Shown here piece by piece: positions 19,629-27,400 of a stretch of DNA of 32,693 nt. Origin of the DNA: Pseudomonadota bacterium. GTDB lineage: Bacteria; Pseudomonadota; Gammaproteobacteria; Xanthomonadales; Xanthomonadaceae. The position numbers were made by a program, and so were the translations under genes. Each line of letters starts with the position of its first letter. Position 1 is the stretch's first letter. The stretch is taken from positions 1 to 32,693 of the forward strand of contig JANXZP010000087.1 of NCBI GenBank assembly GCA_025355485.1. The letters are read 5' to 3'. Below the pieces are notes generated by a model, which ran no database searches, was not told the DNA's origin, and was given only the letters and a program-made list of their open reading frames with translations.

Positions 19629-20755
19629 GCGACGCATCTTCGCTGCCGGTGCTGGCATTGAACGCGGGCTCGTCGTCGCTGAAGTTCGGCCTGTACCTCG
19701 TCGACGCGCGCACGAACCGATTGCTCGTGTCGGGCATGGCCGACACGGTCGGGGGCCGTGGCGGCCCATTCAGCGTCAAGGACGCCGACGGCAACGCATT
19801 GGATTGCGATGCGCGACCGACCGCGACGCCGCGCGAAGCGGTCGAGCGCATCGCCGGTCTGCTCGCCGCGCAGCGCATGCCCGCACCGGCCGCCATTGGC
19901 CATCGCATCGTCCATGGCGGACCGGCGTGTCGTCGCCACGCATTGATTGACGCGGCGGTGACAAGGCAACTCGAAGACGCGGCGGTGTTCGCGCCCTTGC
20001 ATGTGCCGCCCGCGCTGGCGTTGGTCCGTTCCGCGCAGGAATGCTTTCCCGGCATCCCGCAAGTCGCGTGCCTGGACATCGCGTTCCATGCGGGCATGCC
20101 GGAGATCGCGCGCACGTTGCCGCTCCCTCGCGCTCTGCGCGAGCAGGGCATCGAACGCTACGGTTTCCACGGGCTGTCGTGCGAATCGATCGTGCGCCAA
20201 CTGGCCGCCGATCTCCCGCCGCGACTTGTGATCGCCCACCTGGGCCACGGCGCGAGCGTGACCGCGGTTGCGAAGGGACAATCCATCGACACCAGCATGG
20301 GGCTGACCCCGAGCGGCGGGGTGATCATGAGCACGCGTTGCGGCGACATCGATCCTGGCATCCTCGAATACCTCGTGCGCGAGTTGCACTACGACGCGGC
20401 GCAGCTCGAAGAGCTGATCGATCACCAATCGGGGATGCAGGGGATTTCCGATCTCAGCGGCGACATGCGCGAGCTGCGCGCAGCGGCTGCATCGAATGAC
20501 GATGCACGGCTGGCGATCGCGATGTTCTGCCATTCGGTGCGCAAGCAGATTGGCGCGATGGCCGCGGCTCTGGGCGGGATCGACATGCTCGTTTTTACCG
20601 GCGGTATCGGCGAGAACGACGCGGCGACGCACAGGACCATCTGCGAAGGCATGGATTGGCTTGGTGTCGGCATCGGGTCGGCAATCGTACGGGTGATGCC
20701 GTCGCAGGAAGATGCGCAGATCGTGCAGCACACTTGGCGGATCACTGCGCGATAG
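19625..20755 (+). CDS. ackA: Acetate kinase
   Basis: The ATG at 19625 overlaps the xfp stop (ATGA), with GGAG 11 nt upstream.
- [15 protein letters not shown].
- HRIVHGG.
- RYGFHGLS.
- HLGHGASV.
- DTSMGLTP.
- FTGGIGEN.
The longer ORF from 19337 lies inside xfp and is rejected. Confidence 0.9.
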   Translation: MSDASSLPVLALNAGSSSLKFGLYLVDARTNRLLVSGMADTVGGRGGPFSVKDADGNALDCDARPTATPREAVERIAGLLAAQRMPAPAAIGHRIVHGGPACRRHALIDAAVTRQLEDAAVFAPLHVPPALALVRSAQECFPGIPQVACLDIAFHAGMPEIARTLPLPRALREQGIERYGFHGLSCESIVRQLAADLPPRLVIAHLGHGASVTAVAKGQSIDTSMGLTPSGGVIMSTRCGDIDPGILEYLVRELHYDAAQLEELIDHQSGMQGISDLSGDMRELRAAAASNDDARLAIAMFCHSVRKQIGAMAAALGGIDMLVFTGGIGENDAATHRTICEGMDWLGVGIGSAIVRVMPSQEDAQIVQHTWRITAR

Positions 20756-20776
20756 ATCTCCGCGTGGCCACGGCCG

Positions 20777-22117
20777 TCATGCGTGCGGCGCGGGTACGAC
20801 AATCCCGCCGCCTGCCGGGTCCAGCCATCCGCCCTCGAATCCAGCGCGGCGCAGGCCGTCGACGATGTACCGGCAGCCGCGCATCAAATCCCAGACCATG
20901 CCGCTGCGATGGTTCTCGGTCATCAACACGATCGGGCCGAGATTCAATCCGAAGTGCCATGGCGAAATCCAGCCGCAGGTCGAGCCTGGCTCGCCGTGAA
21001 ACGTGGAGTTGAAGGTCGCCTTGAAGCCATAGCGATGGCCGTCGTGCAATTCCAATGTGTGCATGTAGTGATGGATCGCCGGCAACACGATCTCCGGCGC
21101 GAACGGCAACGACGCGACCACCGCCCACGGCGCCAGCGTGCCATCGTCGATGCCATACGGCGCGCCGCGACCTTCGTAATCGTAGAAACGGCGTTCGACC
21201 CCGTTGATCGTCATGACCGCAGGACCCGGCCCGTCGCTCGCGGTGATTCCCCAGCAGTGTCCGCAGTAGCCATCGAAACCCAGTGTATTGTCGATCGCAT
21301 AGCGTTGCTGCACGTGCGTCGCGCGACGGCTGTTCTCGAAATAGTCGATGCCCTTGGCACGCATGAACGCATCCTGGATGCCGCGAAAATCGATCCACAC
21401 ATGCGACAGCTGATGGATGAACAACGGTCCCGCGTACAGATAGTCCAGGTCGTAACAGTTCTTCCACTCGTAGGTCGAACACCATGCCTGGTAAGCGCTC
21501 GCCGGCAGCGGATGCGTGGGCGATCCCAGCGCGAGCGTGTACAACAGCAGCGCCTCGTCGTAGCCCTGCCAACGGCATTTCAGGAATCCGGATTCGGGTT
21601 TCCATCCATGGCAAAGGGTATCGCCGCCGGTTTGCGCCCACTGCCAGTCGGCGCGCAGATAAAGATCGTTCGCCAGCGTGCGGATCTCGTGTTGATCGGC
21701 AGTCTCATCGGCGAAGTACGCCGCGGCCGTCAGCATCCCGGCCAGCAGGAACGCGCTGTCCACGGTCGACAGTTCGCACTCCCATGCGCGCCGGCCGGTC
21801 TTCATGTCGAGGAAGTGGTAGTAGAAACCGCGATAGCCGGTGCTATCCGGCTCGGTGCCCTGCGGGCTGTCCCGGAAGAATCGCAAGGTCGCGAGCGTGC
21901 GTTCGATCGCCTGGTCCTTCGCCATCAATCCACGCTCGACCGCGACCGGATACGACGCCAGCGCAAGCCCTGTTGCGGCGATGCTGGCCGGCCACGATGG
22001 CGCCGTCTTGTCGAGCACCAGCCCGTTCAGCGGATTCGTTTCGTGCTGGAAATAGGCGAACGCAGATCGCTGCAGATGCTGCAATAGTTGTTCAACAGGC
22101 GATTGCGTGGAATGCAT
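20777..22117 (-). CDS. GH144-like / PF10091 'putative glucoamylase'-type (alpha/alpha)6 glycoside hydrolase, candidate beta-1,2-glucanase; no signal peptide
   Basis: A 446-aa ORF. FAYFQHETNPLNGLVLDKT and STVDSAFLLAGMLTAAAYF resemble the conserved N-terminal blocks of the PF10091/GH144 family as I recall them. The sequence is aromatic and Trp rich, as is usual for glycoside hydrolases. The N-terminus MHSTQSPVEQLLQHLQ has no hydrophobic h-region. The CDS call is firm; the family assignment is from memory only. Confidence 0.6.
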   Translation of the reverse strand: MHSTQSPVEQLLQHLQRSAFAYFQHETNPLNGLVLDKTAPSWPASIAATGLALASYPVAVERGLMAKDQAIERTLATLRFFRDSPQGTEPDSTGYRGFYYHFLDMKTGRRAWECELSTVDSAFLLAGMLTAAAYFADETADQHEIRTLANDLYLRADWQWAQTGGDTLCHGWKPESGFLKCRWQGYDEALLLYTLALGSPTHPLPASAYQAWCSTYEWKNCYDLDYLYAGPLFIHQLSHVWIDFRGIQDAFMRAKGIDYFENSRRATHVQQRYAIDNTLGFDGYCGHCWGITASDGPGPAVMTINGVERRFYDYEGRGAPYGIDDGTLAPWAVVASLPFAPEIVLPAIHHYMHTLELHDGHRYGFKATFNSTFHGEPGSTCGWISPWHFGLNLGPIVLMTENHRSGMVWDLMRGCRYIVDGLRRAGFEGGWLDPAGGGIVVPAPHA

Positions 22118-22196
22118 GGGCTATCGATAGATCCGCCTCGACTCAAGCGGACTGCCCAAGCCGCAACAGGACAATACATCCCCCGTCTGGATTGTT

Positions 22197-22487
22197 CTAC
22201 GGCTTTCGATTCCAGTCGGTGATCCAGGTTCGCGCACGCTTTCGCAAGGCGATACGCAGGCCGCCTTCGATGACGGACAACTTCGTGCGCTGGCCATAAA
22301 TGCCGATGGTAGCGTGCGGCGAAATTTCCTGCAGGAGATCTGCACGCGTCGCAAAGACATAGCCACGATCATCGGTCCACACGGTTTTTGTCTTGCTGTC
22401 CAACGCTCGATGAACCTTCTTCGACAGGGGCTGCAGCGCGTCGTACAGACGTCCAAGCGGGGCTCCTTCAGAGAATTGCTTGTTCAT
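22197..22487 (-). CDS. Hypothetical 96-aa protein
   Basis: The ATG at 22487 is preceded by GGAGGAT (5-nt spacer). It lies in the same orientation as the GH144-like gene and 79 nt upstream of it. No family was recognised. Confidence 0.5.
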   Translation of the reverse strand: MNKQFSEGAPLGRLYDALQPLSKKVHRALDSKTKTVWTDDRGYVFATRADLLQEISPHATIGIYGQRTKLSVIEGGLRIALRKRARTWITDWNRKP

Positions 22488-22562
22488 TGGATCCTCCGAA
22501 AAACAGTTGGCATGCAATGTTCTGCATCAAGCGGGGTATGGCTTTGAATCAGTGCGGCCGCG

Positions 22563-22597
22563 AAAAAAAGCGGAGACCAGCTCGCGCCAGTCCCCGC
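22563..22597 (-). terminator. Probable rho-independent terminator of the 111-aa gene
   Basis: The minus strand reads GCGGGGA-(14 nt)-TCTCCGC followed by TTTTTTT, seen as an A7 run at 22563-22569 on the plus strand. The stem has one mismatch. Confidence 0.45.
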
Positions 22598-22684
22598 CCT
22601 TCGCCCACATCCTTATCGGCCTGCATCGGTCATATCCATTTGACCCGAACTTCATGCGATGCCATCGGCTCGCGTTCGCCACCA

Positions 22685-23020
22685 TCAGTTGTCTTTCGCG
22701 CGGGTGCCACGTCGCATGCGTTGCCACACGGCACGAAAGCGATGCTGGACTTTGCCCCAAGATGACTCCTCGGGTTGGCTGTAGCGCGGGTGGCAATGCA
22801 GGTCATGGCTATCGATGCGCACGACAACACCTTCTGGATCGGGTGCTACTAGCGGCGTCGGCATTGCCCGGTAACGGTTACGTGTGCTGCGAATGGTATT
22901 CGGGTAGTTGATGCCGGACTCTTCCTCGATCGAGATCGACGGATCCGATCCGGTCTCCATGCGGCCGGCCGTTTCGTTGGCAGTCGATGTAGGAAGACGG
23001 ATATAGCGAAGCTCGGTCAT
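22685..23020 (-). CDS. Hypothetical 111-aa protein with a basic C-terminal tail
   Basis: The ATG at 23020 has a strong GGAGG 6 nt upstream (plus-strand cctcc at 27-31 of the 230xx line). No family was recognised. Confidence 0.55.
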   Translation of the reverse strand: MTELRYIRLPTSTANETAGRMETGSDPSISIEEESGINYPNTIRSTRNRYRAMPTPLVAPDPEGVVVRIDSHDLHCHPRYSQPEESSWGKVQHRFRAVWQRMRRGTRAKDN

Positions 23021-23130
23021 AGCGTTCCTCCATGATTGTTCGCGCGTCGAGTCCCCGCCGCGCTTGGCCTCAAATCGAGGCTAGTCCCCGCGTATCCTCG
23101 GGTCTGTTCGCTAGCGCACGTTGAAATCTT

Positions 23131-23146
23131 CGTGCACTGGTGCACG
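23131..23146. promoter_or_regulatory. Inverted repeat CGTGCAC-TG-GTGCACG upstream of the 111-aa gene; candidate operator or RNA structure
   Basis: A perfect 7-bp inverted repeat with a 2-bp spacer, located in the 171-bp gap between the crp-family stop and the 111-aa gene start. Confidence 0.3.
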
Positions 23147-23181
23147 GCGGCGAGCAATCGGGCATTGTGTTGACCGAGCTA

Positions 23182-23195
23182 TTGATAGCGATCAG
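23182..23195. promoter_or_regulatory. FNR/CRP-family-like box TTGAT-AGCG-ATCAG
   Basis: It matches the TTGAT-N4-ATCAA consensus at 9 of 10 positions. It overlaps the stop codon of the Crp/Fnr-family gene and lies about 165 bp upstream of the 111-aa gene start. Confidence 0.25.
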
Positions 23196-23911
23196 GTCGC
23201 AATGCTTGCCGGGAGCAGTCGATCGTATTCGTTCTTGACCACGGCATAGCATTCGCAGGTACGTCGCTCGAGTCCGGCGCGGTCGAGCACGGTGATGTGG
23301 CCGCGTTGGTAGTCGATCAGCCTGGCACGATGCAGTTGGCCGGCAGCTTCGGTGACGCCTTCGCGGCGCACGCCCAGCATGTTGGCGATGAGCTCCTGGG
23401 TCATCACCAGTTCGTTCGACTGCAGGCGGTCCAGACTCAGCAGCAGCCAGCGGCACAACTGCTGGTCCAGCGAATGGTGCCGGTTGCAGACCGCAGTCTG
23501 CGCCATCTGGGTGATGAGGGCCTGGGTGTAGCGCAGCAGCAGGTGCAGCAACGGGCCGGCCCGGCCGAACTCCTGCATCATCATGTTCGCCTTCAGCCGG
23601 AAACCCTGCCCAGCGCTCTGCACGACCGCGCGGCTCGGCGTCGAGTTGCCGCCCATGAACAGCGAAATGCCAACGATGCCTTCGCGACCGACGACAGCGA
23701 TCTCGGCCGACGATCCGTTTTCCATCACGTACAGCAGCGAGACGATCGACGTCGCCGGAAAGTACACATGGGCCAACTTGCCGCCCGACTCGTAAAGCAC
23801 CTTGCCGAGCGGCATGGCCACCGCTTCCAGATGCGGCAACAAACGCTCCCATTCGGCGTTGGGGAGCGCCGCAAGCAGCCGGTTCTGTCGTGGCTCGGTA
23901 TCGACGACCAT
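23192..23911 (-). CDS. Crp/Fnr-family transcriptional regulator (cNMP-binding-like beta-barrel plus C-terminal HTH)
   Basis: A 239-aa ORF. NRLLAALPNAEWERLLPHLEAVAMPLGKVLYESGGKLAHVYFPATSIVSLLYVMENGSSAEIAVVGREGIVG is a typical effector-domain pattern. The C-terminal MTQELIANMLGVRREGVTEAAGQLHRARLI is the HTH. Confidence 0.85.
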   Translation of the reverse strand: MVVDTEPRQNRLLAALPNAEWERLLPHLEAVAMPLGKVLYESGGKLAHVYFPATSIVSLLYVMENGSSAEIAVVGREGIVGISLFMGGNSTPSRAVVQSAGQGFRLKANMMMQEFGRAGPLLHLLLRYTQALITQMAQTAVCNRHHSLDQQLCRWLLLSLDRLQSNELVMTQELIANMLGVRREGVTEAAGQLHRARLIDYQRGHITVLDRAGLERRTCECYAVVKNEYDRLLPASIAT

Positions 23912-24119
23912 GACCCCCCCGCGCGTAGGCAGACCGAGGATCCACCAATGGGCAGGTCATCACCCAGCAAGAATCGCGCGAAATTTTCTAGAACGGTGCG
24001 CGAAGGCTCTGCAATACCCTGTGAATCGCGTCTGCCGCGTGGCTGTTTCGTGGTCACCGATAGGGTCGGGCCACTAATCAAGGCACGTGAATTGAGTGAA
24101 CATGCGCAACGTTTGGCCG

Positions 24120-25070
24120 CTACGGAAGTTGACCCTGTTGGTTCGGGGCTGGCCTCACGCTCCGGTGCAATTTAATGCCGTCGTAAATCAGCGTGAAAGC
24201 GACGATCAGCACCATGAAACCCTTGACCGTTCGATCGCTGCCTGGCGCCATGAACACCGGACCGTCCACGACGGTCCACGCCATCACGGCGCAAGTGGCC
24301 AGGCCCAGTCCGGTTTCCATGCGGCGCAGCAGGGCCGACCAGCGGCCTTTCGCGATCACCGCAAGCAACAGCGGAACGTTGAGCAGGATGAGCACGAGCA
24401 GGACAAGGGCCTGGCGCCCAAGAAACGTGTCGGTGTATGTAAGCGCCCGATAAGCCGCAGGCGCCGCTCGACCAGCCCAAAAGAAATCCAGCAGCCAGTG
24501 TGGATCGACGAGCGCGAATGTCCCGCACAGGATGCCTACAATGCCCAACACCAAGGTTGCGCGGCTGCCGTGGATACGATCCTCCGCGCGCGGCTTCCAT
24601 TCCGAGGCTTGCGGCCACCTGAAACGGGTCCACGAGGTTGCGCCGAAGCTCACGACCAACAGGCCCGGCCACCACAGGGAAGCAATCACCGTGGCTCCCC
24701 ACCACTGGCCCAGTGCACTGAGGAAGTCCGATCCGGAACCGATGGGTTGCTGCAGGCGCATAAACAGCCCGCCGATCCAGATGATCGCCAGGCCGATGCC
24801 GGCAGCTCGCAGGAAAGCGTGCCCGTCCGCGGGATCGATGAGGGTCAGCGTCGGACGATAGCGCGCGGCCACTTCCGCGGGCCGACCAAAACCATTCAGG
24901 AACTCGACCGCCATCGCTGCATCGGCGGCGCGCCCGGAGGCGTCGGCCTTGTCCTGCAATCCTTCGTTGATCAATGCGCGCAATTCAAACGCCACATCGT
25001 TGCGTTGCTTGCGTGGCAACTGCACGGCTACGTCGGTGACGTAGGATTCGATCACCTCATTCGCGTTCAT
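24120..25070 (-). CDS. Multi-pass membrane protein with an N-terminal soluble helical domain of the DUF1700/HAAS-like type that partners PadR regulators
   Basis: The ATG at 25070 lies 2 nt after the padR stop, with AGAGGA upstream. The N-terminus is MNANEVIESYVTDVAVQLPRKQRNDVAFELRALINEGL...FGRPAEVAARYRP. At least 6 hydrophobic helices follow. Confidence 0.7.
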   Translation of the reverse strand: MNANEVIESYVTDVAVQLPRKQRNDVAFELRALINEGLQDKADASGRAADAAMAVEFLNGFGRPAEVAARYRPTLTLIDPADGHAFLRAAGIGLAIIWIGGLFMRLQQPIGSGSDFLSALGQWWGATVIASLWWPGLLVVSFGATSWTRFRWPQASEWKPRAEDRIHGSRATLVLGIVGILCGTFALVDPHWLLDFFWAGRAAPAAYRALTYTDTFLGRQALVLLVLILLNVPLLLAVIAKGRWSALLRRMETGLGLATCAVMAWTVVDGPVFMAPGSDRTVKGFMVLIVAFTLIYDGIKLHRSVRPAPNQQGQLP

Positions 25071-25072
25071 TG

Positions 25073-25408
25073 TCAGTCCTCTTTCAGTAGTCGATTCATT
25101 GCGCTGTTCATGCCCTGCCATGACTCGGTGAGCTTCTTCAGCAATTTCCGGCCGTCCGCATTCAGTGAGTAGTAACGCCGCGGCGACCCGCCTTCGGTGT
25201 TCCACTCGCTCTTGAGCAAACCCTGCGTTTCGAGGCGGCGCAGCAACGGATACAGCGTGCCCTCTTCGATAGCCATTCCCTTGTCCGCCAGAGCCTGCCG
25301 CAGCTCATATCCATAGCGCGGAGCACGCAATTGCGAGAGCGTGGCCACCACCACGACCCCGCGCCGCAGCTCGAGCTCCAATTTGCCGAAAGCGCCTGAG
25401 TCACCCAT
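25073..25408 (-). CDS. PadR-family transcriptional regulator
   Basis: VVVATLSQLRAPRYGYELRQALADKGMAIEEGTLYPLLRRLETQGLLKSEWNTEGGSPRRYYSLNADGRKLL is the canonical PadR winged HTH. The first ATG is at 25408; the listed 25444 is a TTG. Confidence 0.85.
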   Translation of the reverse strand: MGDSGAFGKLELELRRGVVVVATLSQLRAPRYGYELRQALADKGMAIEEGTLYPLLRRLETQGLLKSEWNTEGGSPRRYYSLNADGRKLLKKLTESWQGMNSAMNRLLKED

Positions 25409-25413
25409 GGGAC

Positions 25414-25427
25414 ACACAGTACTGTGT
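25414..25427. promoter_or_regulatory. Perfect 14-bp palindrome ACACAGTACTGTGT, a candidate PadR operator
   Basis: It lies 6 bp upstream of the padR ATG, in the 190-bp divergent intergenic region shared with yhiN. Half-site-like copies (G)CACAGT recur at 25431-25438 and 25494-25500. Confidence 0.4.
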
Positions 25428-25598
25428 AACGCACAGTATGTCAAGCATGTTTTTCCAGGGACTGGCGATTCCCCGCGGCTACGATGCTTTCACGCACAGT
25501 TGCAGCATCGCCAAGGCGTGACGCAGGGCCGGGCTTCGCCAACTGCCCCCGACTCCGTTACCGTTGCTGTGCCTGATGCAGGACGCGCAACGCAATTG

Positions 25599-26789
25599 AT
25601 GAGCGAGATGACCGAAACTTTCGATGCGCTGATCATCGGCGGCGGCGCGGCCGGGCTGATGTGCGCGATCACTGCCGGCCAGCGCGGGCGGCGCGTGCTG
25701 GTGATCGAACACGCCAACCGGGTCGGCAAGAAGATCCTGATGTCCGGCGGCGGGCGCTGCAATTTCACCAATACCGGCACCACGCCGGAGAATTTCCTCT
25801 CGGCCAATCCGCATTTCTGCAAGTCGGCGCTCGCGCGCTACAGGCCGGCGGATTTCATCGCGATGGTCGAGCGCCACGGCATCGCCTATCACGAGAAGGA
25901 ACTCGGACAACTGTTCTGCGACGAATCATCGAAGCAGATCGTGCGCATGCTGCTGGACGAATGCGCGGCGGCGGGCGTGCGGGTCGAAACCAGTTGCAGC
26001 GTCGAGCGCGTGCAACAGCTCGCCGGTGGATTCCGGCTCGACACCACGCTCGGCGTATTCGACGCGCCGTCGCTGGTGATCGCGAGCGGCGGCTTGTCGA
26101 TCCCGAGCATGGGTGCTAGCGGTTTCGGTTACGCGATCGCGCAGCAGTTTGGCCACAGCGTGCTGCCGACCCGCGCGGGACTGGTGCCATTGACGCTCAG
26201 CGGCAGGCACCAGGAGCGCCTGCAGGATATGAGCGGTGTCGCGCTGCCGATCGAGGCGCGTTGCAACGGCAAGAGCTTTCGCGGCGCGATGCTGATCACC
26301 CATCGCGGCATCAGCGGTCCGGCGATCCTGCAGATTTCCTCGTACTGGCAACCGGGCGACGACCTGCGCATCGACCTGCTGCCGGATCGCGATGCGCTCG
26401 CATGGCTGCGCGACCAGCAATCGCAACGGCCTGCGGCGGAATTCAAGAACGTGCTCGCCGATGCGTTGCCGCGACGATTCGCGATCCGCCTGTGCGAGTT
26501 GTGGCTGCCGAACAAACCGATGCGCCAGTATCGCGATGCCGAACTGCTCGAGATCGCGGCGCAGTTGCAGGAATGGCCGCTGATCGCCAGCGGCACCGAA
26601 GGCTACCGCACCGCCGAAGTCACCCTCGGCGGCATCGACACCAACGAACTGTCGTCGACCACGATGCAATCGCGCCGCGTCCCCGGCCTGTATTTCATCG
26701 GCGAGGCCGTCGACGTTACCGGCTGGCTCGGCGGCTACAACTTCCAGTGGGCATGGGCATCGGGGCATGCCGCGGGCGAAGTGGTGTAA
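25599..26789 (+). CDS. yhiN: NAD(P)/FAD-dependent oxidoreductase of the YhiN/BaiN (HI0933-like) family
   Basis: The start is MSEMTETFDALIIGGGAAGLMCAITAGQRGRRVLVIEHANRVGKKILMSGGGRCNFTN: a GxGxxG Rossmann motif plus the family-typical SGGGRCN. The C-terminus is GLYFIGEAVDVTGWLGGYNFQWAWASGHAAG. The upstream part of the 25341 ORF is not coding. Confidence 0.88.
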   Translation: MSEMTETFDALIIGGGAAGLMCAITAGQRGRRVLVIEHANRVGKKILMSGGGRCNFTNTGTTPENFLSANPHFCKSALARYRPADFIAMVERHGIAYHEKELGQLFCDESSKQIVRMLLDECAAAGVRVETSCSVERVQQLAGGFRLDTTLGVFDAPSLVIASGGLSIPSMGASGFGYAIAQQFGHSVLPTRAGLVPLTLSGRHQERLQDMSGVALPIEARCNGKSFRGAMLITHRGISGPAILQISSYWQPGDDLRIDLLPDRDALAWLRDQQSQRPAAEFKNVLADALPRRFAIRLCELWLPNKPMRQYRDAELLEIAAQLQEWPLIASGTEGYRTAEVTLGGIDTNELSSTTMQSRRVPGLYFIGEAVDVTGWLGGYNFQWAWASGHAAGEVV

Positions 26790-26800
26790 CGATGCTGCTT
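26559..26800 (+). repeat. Direct repeat copy A: the 3' end of the intact yhiN plus about 11 nt past its stop
   Basis: It aligns by hand without indels to 27401-27642, with about 26 mismatches in 242 nt (about 89% identity). Confidence 0.85.
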
Positions 26801-26803
26801 GGC

Positions 26804-26839
26804 GGACGGAGGCAGTTGATTTCAGAACCACCTCCGTCC
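26804..26839. terminator. Hairpin GGACGGAGG-(18 nt)-CCTCCGTCC between convergent yhiN and the 116-aa gene; possible bidirectional terminator
   Basis: A perfect 9-bp GC-rich stem at 26804-26812 and 26831-26839. There is no clear U-run on either side. Confidence 0.35.
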
Positions 26840-26850
26840 CTTGCCGTGGT

Positions 26851-27201
26851 TCACATCCCTGGAATCGGCAGGCGCTCCATCACCTCGATCGCATCGCCCG
26901 GGAAGATCATGAAATGCGGGTGGTTCTCGAACAGTTTCGCGGCGGCTTCGTGCGATTCGGCCTGGACGACCGTGTAGGCGCCCATCTCGTTGCGGACCTC
27001 CACGATGCCCTGTTTCGAGATGCGCTTGGTCTTGCCGAGCGGACCGCCCATGTCGACGATTGCCGTCGAATTCGCCTGCGCCCATGCCTGCCATGCCTGC
27101 ATGCCGGAGGCTTCCTTCGGCTTGCGCTGGTCGTCGTCCATCTTCTTCCACGCGTCCATGCCCGCTGCGGAACCGAGATAGACGGCTAGAAAATTCTTCA
27201 T
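26851..27201 (-). CDS. Conserved-looking small (116 aa) soluble protein of unknown function
   Basis: The ATG at 27201 is preceded by AAAGGAA. The product is MKNFLAVYLGSAAGMDAWKKM...PLGKTKRISKQGIVEVRNEMGAYTVVQAESHEAAAKLFENHPHFMIFPGDAIEVMERLPIPGM. It resembles widespread uncharacterised proteins I cannot name. The longer ORF to 27345 is rejected. Confidence 0.7.
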   Translation of the reverse strand: MKNFLAVYLGSAAGMDAWKKMDDDQRKPKEASGMQAWQAWAQANSTAIVDMGGPLGKTKRISKQGIVEVRNEMGAYTVVQAESHEAAAKLFENHPHFMIFPGDAIEVMERLPIPGM

Positions 27202-27351
27202 GGCAATTCCTTTTGTTGGGTTTGTTGCGGATGGCGCGCCGGAAATCACCGGCGTCGCCAAGGAACCGTAGTCGCCGGCGCATGAACTTCGCATTAAGTA
27301 CCGGGCCGGGAGAGCCACCTGCTTCTGGAACAGATCATCGAACAAAGGGTG

Positions 27352-27384
27352 GAGTAAATTGTCGATTCAATCCGATATTTACTC
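27352..27384. promoter_or_regulatory. AT-rich inverted repeat GAGTAAAT-(17 nt)-ATTTACTC next to the insert/remnant junction
   Basis: The arms at 27352-27359 and 27377-27384 are perfect complements. It lies 150-180 bp upstream of the 116-aa gene and 17 bp from the start of repeat copy B. Confidence 0.3.
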
Positions 27385-27400
27385 TGGCCCCTCTGTGCGG

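Noticed and set aside
20763-20772. Palindrome CGTGGCCACG between the convergent ackA and GH144-like genes, as a bidirectional terminator.
   Set aside because: It is a 10-bp palindrome with no loop and no flanking T-runs, which is too weak to call.
27359-27400. The 90-aa ORF 27359-27631 as a genuine small gene.
   Set aside because: Its first 14 codons are junction sequence with no SD, and the rest is only the C-terminal tail of a YhiN-type flavoprotein that cannot fold alone. I call it a remnant.
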